Below, one piece after another: positions 25,090-31,998 of a DNA stretch of 32,000 nt. The notes under the pieces are model-generated. The model ran no database searches. It was not told the origin of the DNA and was given only the letters and a program-made list of their open reading frames with translations. Location of the stretch: NCBI RefSeq assembly GCF_001945605.1, contig NZ_MPKA01000021.1, positions 48,157 to 80,156 of the forward strand, in the 5' to 3' direction. Made by a program: the position numbers and the translations under genes. The DNA comes from Dubosiella newyorkensis (GTDB lineage: Bacteria; Bacillota_I; Bacilli_A; Erysipelotrichales; Erysipelotrichaceae). Each line of letters opens with the position of its first letter. The first letter of the stretch is position 1.

Positions 25090-25546
25090 CGTTTTCCATC
25101 TCCTTTCTCAGTTTTTCTTTAGCGCGATAAAAAGTCACTCGTGACCAGTTTTCAGAATGTTCCATGACTTCTCCGATTTGAGCGAAGCTTAGATCTCCAT
25201 ACATCCGCAAATAAATGACTTCCTTTTGTGCTTCGCTCAGCTTACGGATCGCTTTGAGCAAGCGGATTTTATCGACTGGATCGACTTGAGCGCTGGCGAT
25301 CATGGAATCATCTAGATCAATCGTAGATGGATGCTTGCGAAGATAGGCGGCATACAATCGTTTAGCGATGGAGCAAAGCCATGTAGAGACTTGACAAGAT
25401 CCATCGTATGATTTTAAAGAGCGATACGCTTGATAAAACGTTTCTTGCGTCAGCTCTTGAGCGATCGATTCATCATGACAGTTCGAAAGCAAAAATTTGT
25501 AGATGAACTGGGCGTATTGCTTATAAACGTGTTCGAATGATTCCAT
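25082..25546 (-). CDS. ECF-type sigma-70 family sigma factor
   Basis: Region 2: ..ELTQETFYQAYRSLKSYDGSCQVSTWLCSIAKRLY. Region 4: ..QKEVIYLRMYGDLSFAQIGEVMEHSENWSRVTFYRAKEKLRKE. Start chosen at MESFEHV (SD AAGGAG). Confidence 0.85.
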   Translation of the reverse strand: MESFEHVYKQYAQFIYKFLLSNCHDESIAQELTQETFYQAYRSLKSYDGSCQVSTWLCSIAKRLYAAYLRKHPSTIDLDDSMIASAQVDPVDKIRLLKAIRKLSEAQKEVIYLRMYGDLSFAQIGEVMEHSENWSRVTFYRAKEKLRKEMENDG

Positions 25547-25736
25547 CTTCTTTCTCCTTTCACTCATTTATGTTGAAAAGGCCCTATTCGTTACAATTAT
25601 TTTAATATTTTTATTTCATTCGCAAAAGAAGTGTTATGAAATAAAATCGCATGAATGATATTTCAAACACGCTTTTGTTTTGATGAATTTCTCAATGGAT
25701 CTTGTAGAATAAAGCCATCAAGAGGAGGAAAGAACA

Positions 25737-25895
25737 ATGAAAAAAATCAAACAGCAAGAAATCATGCAGCGCTATATCGCATCGCGCTCAAGGGATATAT
25801 ATATATATATGGAGTGTTCCCACTTACTCAAACACAGCGAAAAGCCCGATCAAAGCGTTCGCATTCCCCGCAATCTTAAAACTATGTGGACTTGA
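25737..25895 (+). CDS. Possible 52-aa small ORF (MKKIKQQEIMQRYIASRSRDIYIYMECSHLLKHSEKPDQSVRIPRNLKTMWT)
   Basis: AGGAGG lies 8 nt upstream of the ATG, and a strong terminator overlaps the stop codon. No similarity recognised. It contains an (AT)8 tract and is too short for the ORF track. Confidence 0.3.
   Translation: MKKIKQQEIMQRYIASRSRDIYIYMECSHLLKHSEKPDQSVRIPRNLKTMWT
25795..25810. repeat. (AT)8 dinucleotide microsatellite
   Basis: gATATATATATATATATgg read directly from the sequence. Confidence 0.95.
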
Positions 25896-25920
25896 AGATG
25901 AATAATTCAAGTCCTTTTTT
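25888..25920 (+). terminator. Rho-independent terminator
   Basis: GGACTTGAA-GATGAATAA-TTCAAGTCC followed by T6. Confidence 0.75.
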
Positions 25921-26046
25921 ATTTCATTTTAATTTTGTGTTCGCTCAAGTTCGCCTTTTGCGAATGGAATTTTAAATTCTACAGAAACTATTCCTGTTTT
26001 TCAATCGAGTCTACATAATGTATGCAAGATATGAAGGGAGATCATT

Positions 26047-26537
26047 ATGGAAACGAACGCATTATGAACACAACCTGTTTCAAAACTATTATTTCATCTT
26101 GCTTTGCCGGCGATTTTCGCGCAGCTCGTCACTCTTCTTTATAATTTGGTGGACCGTATCTTTATTGGTCCAATGAGCGATGGAATGCTGGCGATGGCCA
26201 GGGTTGGATTATGCGCTCCTATCGTAACGATCATCACAGCCTTTACGAATTTATTTGGACGTGGGGGAGCGCCTTTAGCCACGATCGTAATGGAAGAAGA
26301 GAAGTATCAAAAGGCGGAACATTATTTAGTAACGACATTCATCTCATTGATTGGGACTTCATGCATGTTGACCTTGATCGTTTCCATTTTTAAAAAGGAG
26401 ATCTTATTGGTATTAGGGGCTAGCGAAGCTACCCTTCCTACGCGTTTGACTATATTTCGATCTATATTTTGGGAACACTTTTTATTCAGCTTGCGGTGGG
26501 CATGAACGACTATATCACAGTGCAAGGATATGCGAAG
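26047..26537 (+). pseudogene. MATE-family efflux transporter remnant (N-terminal about 160 codons; in-frame TGA, frameshift, 3' truncation)
   Basis: SD AAGGGAG, then METNAL*TQPVSKLLFHLALPAIFAQLVTLLYNLVDRIFIG.. (MATE N-terminal signature). TGA at 26065-26067. The frame changes near 26438, after which ..YAFDYISIYILGTLFIQLAVGMNDYITVQGYAK continues in another frame. Homology ends at about 26537. Confidence 0.7.
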
Positions 26538-26538
26538 G

Positions 26539-26964
26539 ATCAGAAAGATCGTGGAAACCGTTAATTTGCAAGGAGAATTCGTCTATATGGCAGACTCCCT
26601 TCCAGAAGACGCATGCGCGATCATTGTCTCATATTCTGGAGAAACACCGATTTATAAAGAGGTGATCGCTTCTTTAAAACAAAAAAAGATCCCGATTCTC
26701 GGGATCACGAATATTGGCGACAATATGGTATCATAAGCAAGCGACATTGTCCTTCATCTCTGTACCCGGGAAAAGCTTTATTCCAAGATCGCTACATTTT
26801 CAGCGGATACTTCGATCGAATATTTGTTGGATGTTCTTTTTGCGGGAGTGTTTTCGTTGCATTGTAAAGAATATTGGGAGACAAAGATCGAACGCTCTTC
26901 CAAGATCGAGCGTGGCCGTTTTTCTTCAATCAGCTTGCTTAAAGAAGATAAAGATGAATCGTAA
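26539..26964 (+). pseudogene. RpiR/MurR-type SIS-domain regulator remnant (C-terminal part, in-frame TAA)
   Basis: ..DACAIIVSYSGETPIYKEVIASLKQKKIPILGITNIGDNMVS*ASDIVLHLCTREKLYSKIATFSADTSIEYLLDVLFAGVF.. The S-x-SGET, ..IT.. and ..AD..L.. pattern is typical of a SIS domain. TAA at 26734-26736. No HTH domain lies upstream. The 5' boundary is approximate. Confidence 0.6.
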
Positions 26965-26966
26965 AA

Positions 26967-26990
26967 AAGGAAGCACTTTATGGCTTCCTT
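26967..26990. terminator. Bidirectional terminator between the RpiR remnant and the GH2 gene
   Basis: AAGGAAGC-ACTTTATG-GCTTCCTT flanked by an A6 run and a T-run. Confidence 0.7.
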
Positions 26991-26999
26991 TTTAAATAC

Positions 27000-29225
27000 T
27001 TATGCTTTTTTGATTTGGTTCAGTTTATTGTTCAAGTCGATGATTTGTTCTTTCGAGAGCGCTTTTGACATTCTTAACGCCGTCTCAACTGGGAATCCCA
27101 TCATCATTTCCATCATATCTGTGGCTTCTTCTCCTTCTGGTCTTTCTCCTAAAAGAGAGCCCATGCCTTCTAATACTGGCTTTAATAGAGCGGCTGCTTC
27201 TGGAACGCTAAAGATTTCACCGAAAGAGTCCATGATCGATAGATAGCCTTCTTTTTCTACGCCATCATTGAACCAGTTGTGGACGCTTCCACCCACCACA
27301 ATGTAATCTGGATTCTTTTCTTCCACTTTGCGGATCTTCATTGTATCTGCGATGTATTCATTCGATCCTACAGCTTTGATTTCATGTTCACCAGAAATTT
27401 CTACATTCCAACGACAAATGTGATCAACTGCTTTTTGTGTTCCCATGTCTTTTCCGTCTACGTACAAAGTCACTTCTGGCTCATTCGTATACACTTTGAC
27501 TTCAGTCACTGGCTGTTCGCGATCGATATACCGTTTTTTCGTCAAATATACGAATGGTTCTTTTGACAAGTATGCTTTGTAGATATAGAATGAGTCTTTT
27601 TTCGTCTTTCGATCGAAAGAAACAAGTCCTTTTTGGTTTCTTCCTGGAATACCGCCTTCATTTCTCGCGTCGGCAGCGAAGTCAAATCCATTCCATACAT
27701 GCATTGCCCATATCCAAGGACGTTCTGTGACCATCTTCAGCATATGTTCATGATAGATGGCTTGATAGTCTTCTGTATAGTCGCCACGACCTGGTTTTTC
27801 TGAATGGTATTTTGGATTGGCGTCTGCTCCAAATTCTGAGATTCCGATCGGAATATTTGGATACTTAGCGTGGAAATCATCGAACCAAGCATCGTTGTCT
27901 TCGATCTTTCCTGTATACCATCCAAAGTAATGGTTGTAGCTTGTCGCATCTGGAAGAGCTACTAATGGAGAATCTGTACGAAGCATACTTACATGTGCCA
28001 TCACGGTTTTACGAGTTGGATCGAGCTCATGGACAAGATCATTGAGTTCTTGATGGTTTTTCAATAAGTCTTCGCTTTCTCCTGCGATCGTGATCTCGTT
28101 TGAAAGTCCCCATACAAAGATCGAAGGGTGATTGTAGTTTTGGATCACGAGTTCACGCATTTGTTCTTTTGTATTTTCGTTGGCTGCTTCATTCGCCATA
28201 TGGCTAGAGATATATGGAATTTCAGCCCACATGATCAATCCATTTTCATCGGCAAGATCATACCATTTTTGATCGTGCTGATAGTGCGCTCCACGGATCG
28301 TATTGGCTCCCATTTCCTTCAGGATCGCCATATCGGTTTCATGATGCTGGTCTTCAAGCGCATTTCCGAGATTTTCCCAATCTTGGTGACGAGCCGTACC
28401 GATCAATTGATAAGGATGTCCATTTAAGATAAAGCCTTTTTCTGGATCGATCTCGAATGTACGGAATCCAACGCGGATCGTGAGTTCATCCAGTTTGTCT
28501 TCTCCTCTTGATAGTGTCGCATCAGCAGTATAAAGATATGGATCTTCTACACCATCCCAAAGATAAATGTTTTCCATCGGGATATTGAACGATACCTGAT
28601 TATTTTGAATCGTGCCTGTTTGACATGCGACCGTATTTCCTTTTGCGTCTTTAACGCAAACCGTTACTGTATCGCCATTTTGCGCATTTTGCGTATAAGC
28701 AGCGACTTGAAGTTCGCCTTTACCATCTTCAAGAACAACTGGAGTTAAAGCGATTCCAGTTCCTCCATAATAATTAAGCGCAAAATGAGCTTTATTGACT
28801 TTGATCAAATTCACATTACGATACAATCCACCATAGAATGTGAAGTCTGCTTGTTGTGGGTACACTTCGTTGTTTGGTGTATTGTCGACTAAGATCTCAA
28901 GAGAGTTGCCGTTTTTCAGCTCTTCTGTTAAATTGACACGATAGGTGGAATATCCGCCCTTATGTTCAGCTAATTCTTTGCCATTCAATACAACTTTTGA
29001 TGTTGAATTCGCTCCGTTCACTTCTAAATAAAGTTCTTCGTTTTCATCAAGAGCAGGGACATCTAAAAGTTTGCGGTAGCTTGATTGTCCTCTCCAATAA
29101 TCGTTGCCACCATCTGTTCCATCGATGGCATTCCATGTATGTGGTACATTGATTTGTTTGACTTGATTGTTCCCATCGAGCTTAGAGAACGCCCAATCTT
29201 TATTGATATTTATAATTTGACGCAT
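27000..29225 (-). CDS. Glycoside hydrolase family 2 enzyme (beta-galactosidase/beta-glucuronidase-like)
   Basis: N-terminus MRQIININKDWAFSK..VPHTWNAIDG..YWRG (GH2 sugar-binding domain). TIM barrel with HPSIFVWGLSNEI (acid/base Glu) and IGISEFGAD (nucleophile Glu). 741 aa and intact. Confidence 0.85.
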   Translation of the reverse strand: MRQIININKDWAFSKLDGNNQVKQINVPHTWNAIDGTDGGNDYWRGQSSYRKLLDVPALDENEELYLEVNGANSTSKVVLNGKELAEHKGGYSTYRVNLTEELKNGNSLEILVDNTPNNEVYPQQADFTFYGGLYRNVNLIKVNKAHFALNYYGGTGIALTPVVLEDGKGELQVAAYTQNAQNGDTVTVCVKDAKGNTVACQTGTIQNNQVSFNIPMENIYLWDGVEDPYLYTADATLSRGEDKLDELTIRVGFRTFEIDPEKGFILNGHPYQLIGTARHQDWENLGNALEDQHHETDMAILKEMGANTIRGAHYQHDQKWYDLADENGLIMWAEIPYISSHMANEAANENTKEQMRELVIQNYNHPSIFVWGLSNEITIAGESEDLLKNHQELNDLVHELDPTRKTVMAHVSMLRTDSPLVALPDATSYNHYFGWYTGKIEDNDAWFDDFHAKYPNIPIGISEFGADANPKYHSEKPGRGDYTEDYQAIYHEHMLKMVTERPWIWAMHVWNGFDFAADARNEGGIPGRNQKGLVSFDRKTKKDSFYIYKAYLSKEPFVYLTKKRYIDREQPVTEVKVYTNEPEVTLYVDGKDMGTQKAVDHICRWNVEISGEHEIKAVGSNEYIADTMKIRKVEEKNPDYIVVGGSVHNWFNDGVEKEGYLSIMDSFGEIFSVPEAAALLKPVLEGMGSLLGERPEGEEATDMMEMMMGFPVETALRMSKALSKEQIIDLNNKLNQIKKA

Positions 29226-29262
29226 TTAATTACCTCTTTCTGGATCTGTTTGACCTATCGGA

Positions 29263-29271
29263 ATTATAGCA
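29263..29271 (-). promoter_or_regulatory. Extended -10 element (TGcTATAAT) upstream of the GH2 gene
   Basis: The minus strand reads TGCTATAAT, 38 nt upstream of ATG 29225. No good -35 hexamer is present. Confidence 0.35.
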
Positions 29272-29291
29272 CTGCCAAACGTAAAAATATA

Positions 29292-29305
29292 TGTAATCGG
29301 TTACA
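29292..29305. promoter_or_regulatory. cre-like / LacI-family operator palindrome
   Basis: TGTAATCGGTTACA fits the catabolite-responsive-element consensus TGWAANCGNTNWCA at every position. It sits where the -35 of the GH2 promoter would be. Confidence 0.5.
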
Positions 29306-29361
29306 TTCTACAATTTCACTTATTTTAGATTAAATTAAATATAATTTTAGCAATTTTCATT

Positions 29362-29390
29362 AAAAAAAGCCGATATTCGCGGCTTTTTTT
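29362..29390. terminator. Bidirectional terminator (A7-GCCG-loop-CGGC-T7)
   Basis: AAAAAAAGCCG-ATATTCG-CGGCTTTTTTT, located 5 nt after the stop of the minus-strand gene at 29395. Confidence 0.75.
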
Positions 29391-29394
29391 GTTA

Positions 29395-29910
29395 TTATTG
29401 GTTATTGCTCGAAGCATTTGCTGCATTTGTTGTCACAGCACTTTCTTCTTCTCGGATCGCGTCGATCGCAAGAACGATCATCAAAAGTACGAGCGAATCT
29501 TGATCATCTTCGTAATGGATCGCATAATGATCTGTCATATGCCAAAGTTCTTTATCGATCTTTGCGATCGTTTGTCCTTTATCGTTTTTCACGACATAAT
29601 TCCAATTGAAAAAATCGCCTTCGACTTTCCACCCTTCATAGCTGACGCTCAGTTTTGGACGAAACAAAGAGACTTCTTTGCGGATTTCTCCAATTTTCTT
29701 TCCATCTTCAAACATTTCGAAAGTTGGAAGCAATGCGATCATTTTTTTATGGATCGAACCGATTGGCTTCCCTTTGGCGTTCTCGATTTTTAACGTTTTT
29801 GTGAGAGAGGGTTTTCCAATCACACGATAAGCAAGATTTCCATTTTGGTTTTTGACATCAAATTTTCCGAATAGAGAAAACATTTTTTGAGCGATGTACA
29901 ATATTTGCAT
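29395..29910 (-). CDS. LURP-one-related / YxjI-family (tubby C-terminal-like fold) protein
   Basis: MQILYIAQKMFSLFGKFDVKNQNG..YRVIGK..LLPTFEMFEDGKKIGEIRKE.SLFRPKL..EGDFFNWNY.V resembles B. subtilis YxjI as I recall it. Confidence 0.65.
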   Translation of the reverse strand: MQILYIAQKMFSLFGKFDVKNQNGNLAYRVIGKPSLTKTLKIENAKGKPIGSIHKKMIALLPTFEMFEDGKKIGEIRKEVSLFRPKLSVSYEGWKVEGDFFNWNYVVKNDKGQTIAKIDKELWHMTDHYAIHYEDDQDSLVLLMIVLAIDAIREEESAVTTNAANASSNNQ

Positions 29911-29959
29911 ATATAAACTCCTATCTTATTTAATGATATTATAATCCTTTATTGGTGAT

Positions 29960-29987
29960 TTGAAAAACAAAAGCCTTGCAATATATT
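29960..29987 (+). promoter_or_regulatory. Sigma-A type promoter for the acyP-luxS operon
   Basis: TTGAAA (29960-29965), a 16-nt spacer, then TATATT (29982-29987). Confidence 0.35.
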
Positions 29988-29995
29988 TAATGATA

Positions 29996-30014
29996 AAATT
30001 GAATATTTCAATTT
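29996..30014. promoter_or_regulatory. Perfect 8-3-8 palindrome just downstream of the predicted -10 (possible operator)
   Basis: AAATTGAA-TAT-TTCAATTT. It is AT-rich, so a chance occurrence is not negligible. Confidence 0.3.
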
Positions 30015-30075
30015 ATGTTCCACGCTTTTCTAGATGAATATGTTAAGATAAATACGATAAAGAAGGTGATAAAGC

Positions 30076-30408
30076 ATGATGTTTTGGAATCGAAAAAAAC
30101 AAAATCAACCGATCCAATATGAGAAGCCAAAGCCAGATGATGTTCGCATAGCCGTTCATTTTACAGGAATTGTCCAAGGGGTCGGCTTTCGAGTGGAAAT
30201 GTGGAGGAGAGCGAATGAAATGCGCTTAAGCGGTTGGGTGAGAAATAATTTAGATGGCAGTGTCGATGCGAATCTGCAAGGAAACATCAAAAAGATCGAT
30301 ACGCTCCTTGAGCAGATGCAGCAGATTCCTAGGATCCAGATAGAGCGGATCGACACCCAGCAGATTCCTCTACAAGACAATGGACCTTTTGAAATGCTGA
30401 ACTATTAA
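30076..30408 (+). CDS. acyP: Acylphosphatase (with about 20-aa N-terminal extension)
   Basis: ..VRIAVHFTGIVQGVGFRVEMWRRANEMRLSGWVRNNLDGSVDANLQG.. matches the V-x-G-x-VQGVGFR and GWV-x-N signatures. Confidence 0.8.
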   Translation: MMFWNRKKQNQPIQYEKPKPDDVRIAVHFTGIVQGVGFRVEMWRRANEMRLSGWVRNNLDGSVDANLQGNIKKIDTLLEQMQQIPRIQIERIDTQQIPLQDNGPFEMLNY

Positions 30409-30417
30409 GGAGAAATT

Positions 30418-30900
30418 ATGGAAAAGATAGCAAGTTTTACGATCGATCATATTGCCTTGAAACCTGGTTTTTATGTTTCTAGAAATGATCGATTCGATGG
30501 AATGAATATCACAACGTTTGATTTGAGAATGACTTCCCCAAACGATGAGCCGGTCATGAATACAGCTGAGATCCATACTCTTGAACATTTAGGAGCCACC
30601 TATTTGCGAAACGATCCCTTTTGGAAAGATAAGACGATTTATTTTGGTCCAATGGGATGCCGAACTGGATTTTATTTGCTTGTTTCGGGAACGCATTCAT
30701 CCAAGGAGATGCTTTCATCTTTGATCGCTATGTTTGAGTGGATCAAGGAATTTGAAGATGAAGTTCCTGGGGCGAGCCCAAAAGACTGCGGGAATTATTT
30801 AGATATGAATCTGCCAATGGCAAAATGGGTTGCTGCCCGTTATCTCGAAGTTTTGAAAAACGCAACAGATTCGGAATTGGAGTATCCACATTGCGAATAA
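30418..30900 (+). CDS. luxS: S-ribosylhomocysteine lyase
   Basis: ..SFTIDHIALKPGFYVSR.., the metal-binding HTLEH motif and ..GPMGCRTGFYL... 160 aa. SD AAGGAG. Confidence 0.95.
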   Translation: MEKIASFTIDHIALKPGFYVSRNDRFDGMNITTFDLRMTSPNDEPVMNTAEIHTLEHLGATYLRNDPFWKDKTIYFGPMGCRTGFYLLVSGTHSSKEMLSSLIAMFEWIKEFEDEVPGASPKDCGNYLDMNLPMAKWVAARYLEVLKNATDSELEYPHCE

Positions 30901-31394
30901 AAACTAGAGAAGTGATCTATTCGGCATTCATTGGCTCGATTCTTTATCTTCTGTTTGTTTTATTTTCGAATATCTTATACGTGGAAATGCTCACATTCAC
31001 ATTGGTCGTATTCTCGCTTTCATTTCCGATCTATACAGTCGTTTATGGAGCTCTTCTTTTTGGAATGCTTCAAATCTTACTGAATGGACTGCTTCCTTGG
31101 AATGTGATGTATTTATGCATCTATCCACTATACGCATTGATTACTTATGTATTCAAAAATATACTAGAGAATCATCCGCTAAGGATCGCTTTTTATGGAA
31201 TGTTTTTATCGTTTTTGATGGGACAATTGATGGAGCTCCCATTTCTCTTTTTCAGTAAAACGATCACGATCGCTTATATTCTTTTAGGTCTTAAAACATC
31301 TATCATTCAATCATTGATCACTTTTTTAGAGTTTTTATTTTTATTTGATCCTGTAAAGCGGATATTGATCCAAATCAGAAAGGAATCGTTATGA
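30891..31394 (+). CDS. Polytopic membrane protein (possible ECF-type substrate-capture component)
   Basis: Start proposed at TTG 30891 (GGAG lies 8 nt upstream), overlapping the luxS stop. The ATG at 30825 in the track lies well inside luxS. About 5-6 TM helices. The ATGA overlap with the downstream DUF4430-like gene indicates coupling. The functional call is inference from context only. Confidence 0.5.
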   Translation: MRIKTREVIYSAFIGSILYLLFVLFSNILYVEMLTFTLVVFSLSFPIYTVVYGALLFGMLQILLNGLLPWNVMYLCIYPLYALITYVFKNILENHPLRIAFYGMFLSFLMGQLMELPFLFFSKTITIAYILLGLKTSIIQSLITFLEFLFLFDPVKRILIQIRKESL

Positions 31395-31813
31395 AAAAGA
31401 AATGGCTATTTGCTTTGATCGCTCTTTTATTGGTCGTTGGGATCCTCTTGATTTCAAAACTTGGGAATATACCTTCTGATCCGAGTGCGAAACAAATTCA
31501 TATTCAAGTTGTCGATGAAACGGCAGAACCAGCCAAAACAATTTTATCTCAATCGTATTCTACGAACTCTAAAACATTAAAAGAGTTTTTAGAAACTGAA
31601 AAAGAGCTCGAAGCCAAGCTTGAATCGGGATCGTATGGAACGATCCTTCAATCGATCAAAGGCATGGATCAAGATATGGATAAAGGACCTTGGCTCATAT
31701 ATGAATCCAACACAAATCCTACTTGCAAAGAACAAGGAGCTTGTCCTGTCATGGACGATATTCCTCTCAAAGACCAAGATAAATTTATATTTAAACGAAT
31801 CCAATCATTTTAG
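31391..31813 (+). CDS. Membrane-anchored DUF4430-like protein
   Basis: N-terminal anchor MKKKWLFALIALLLVVGILLIS. The C-terminus ..GPWLIYESN......IPLKDQDKFIFK fits the W-x-Y-x-x-N....l-x-d-G-D-x-i pattern I associate with DUF4430. Confidence 0.5.
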   Translation: MKKKWLFALIALLLVVGILLISKLGNIPSDPSAKQIHIQVVDETAEPAKTILSQSYSTNSKTLKEFLETEKELEAKLESGSYGTILQSIKGMDQDMDKGPWLIYESNTNPTCKEQGACPVMDDIPLKDQDKFIFKRIQSF

Positions 31814-31835
31814 AAGGTTATCCCTTCTTTTTTTA
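31812..31835 (+). terminator. Rho-independent terminator of the luxS operon
   Basis: AGAAGG-TTATC-CCTTCT followed by T7. It overlaps the stop codon. Confidence 0.75.
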
Positions 31836-31840
31836 TTTAC

Positions 31841-31874
31841 AAAAAAAAGACCAGAAAGCATACACTTTCTGGTC
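31841..31874 (-). terminator. Rho-independent terminator of the rRNA operon
   Basis: Minus-strand GACCAGAAAG-TGTATG-CTTTCTGGTC followed by T8, located 9 nt after the 5S 3' end. Confidence 0.8.
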
Positions 31875-31882
31875 TTCTCTAG

Positions 31883-31998
31883 AACCGGCAGCGTCCTATT
31901 CTTGCAGGCGCTAAGCCAACTACCTTCGGCGATGGAGTGCTTGACTTCTGTGTTCGGGACGGGAACAGGTATTTCCACTTCTCTGTCACCACCGGATC
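31883..31998 (-). rRNA. rrf: 5S ribosomal RNA
   Basis: The reverse complement reads ..CCGGTGGTGACAGAGAAGTGGAAATACCTGTTCCCGTCCCGAACACAGAAGTCAAGCACTCCATCGCCGAAGGTAGTTGGC..AGAATAGGACGCTGCCGG. It contains the conserved CCCGAACAC, AAGTnAAGC, GCCGAnGGTAG and GTAGGACGC blocks of Firmicute 5S. Helix I pairs CCGGTGGTG with CGCTGCCGG. The ends are accurate to about 3 nt. Confidence 0.9.

Noticed and set aside
25547-25640. Autoregulatory ECF-type promoter upstream of the sigma gene (TGTAAC at 25590-25595)
   Set aside because: Only an AAC-containing -35-like element is visible. There is no convincing CGT-type -10 at the right spacing, so this is too speculative to annotate.
25655-25879. 74-aa track ORF in the sigma/MATE intergenic region
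   Set aside because: It has no RBS and starts in AT-rich sequence. It overlaps, in another frame, the 52-codon ORF that does have an AGGAGG and a terminator. Even that ORF is only weakly supported.
20199-26964. Six in-frame stops in recognisable genes, considered as evidence for stop-codon reassignment or programmed read-through
   Set aside because: All three stop codons (TAA, TAG, TGA) are involved. Frameshifts and truncations accompany them. Every intact gene in the window terminates normally with the same codons. These are pseudogenes under the standard code.
27000-29225. GH2 gene as a horizontally acquired gene, because its 3' third (27001-27960) is GATC-poor
   Set aside because: The 5' two-thirds (for example 28201-28500) have the same high GATC density as the rest of the window. 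The heterogeneity is local and is not a gene-wide compositional anomaly.
30825-30890. ATG at 30825 as the start of the membrane-protein gene
   Set aside because: It would overlap the last 76 nt of luxS and add a non-hydrophobic, Cys/Arg-rich extension. The TTG at 30891, with GGAG 8 nt upstream, fits better.
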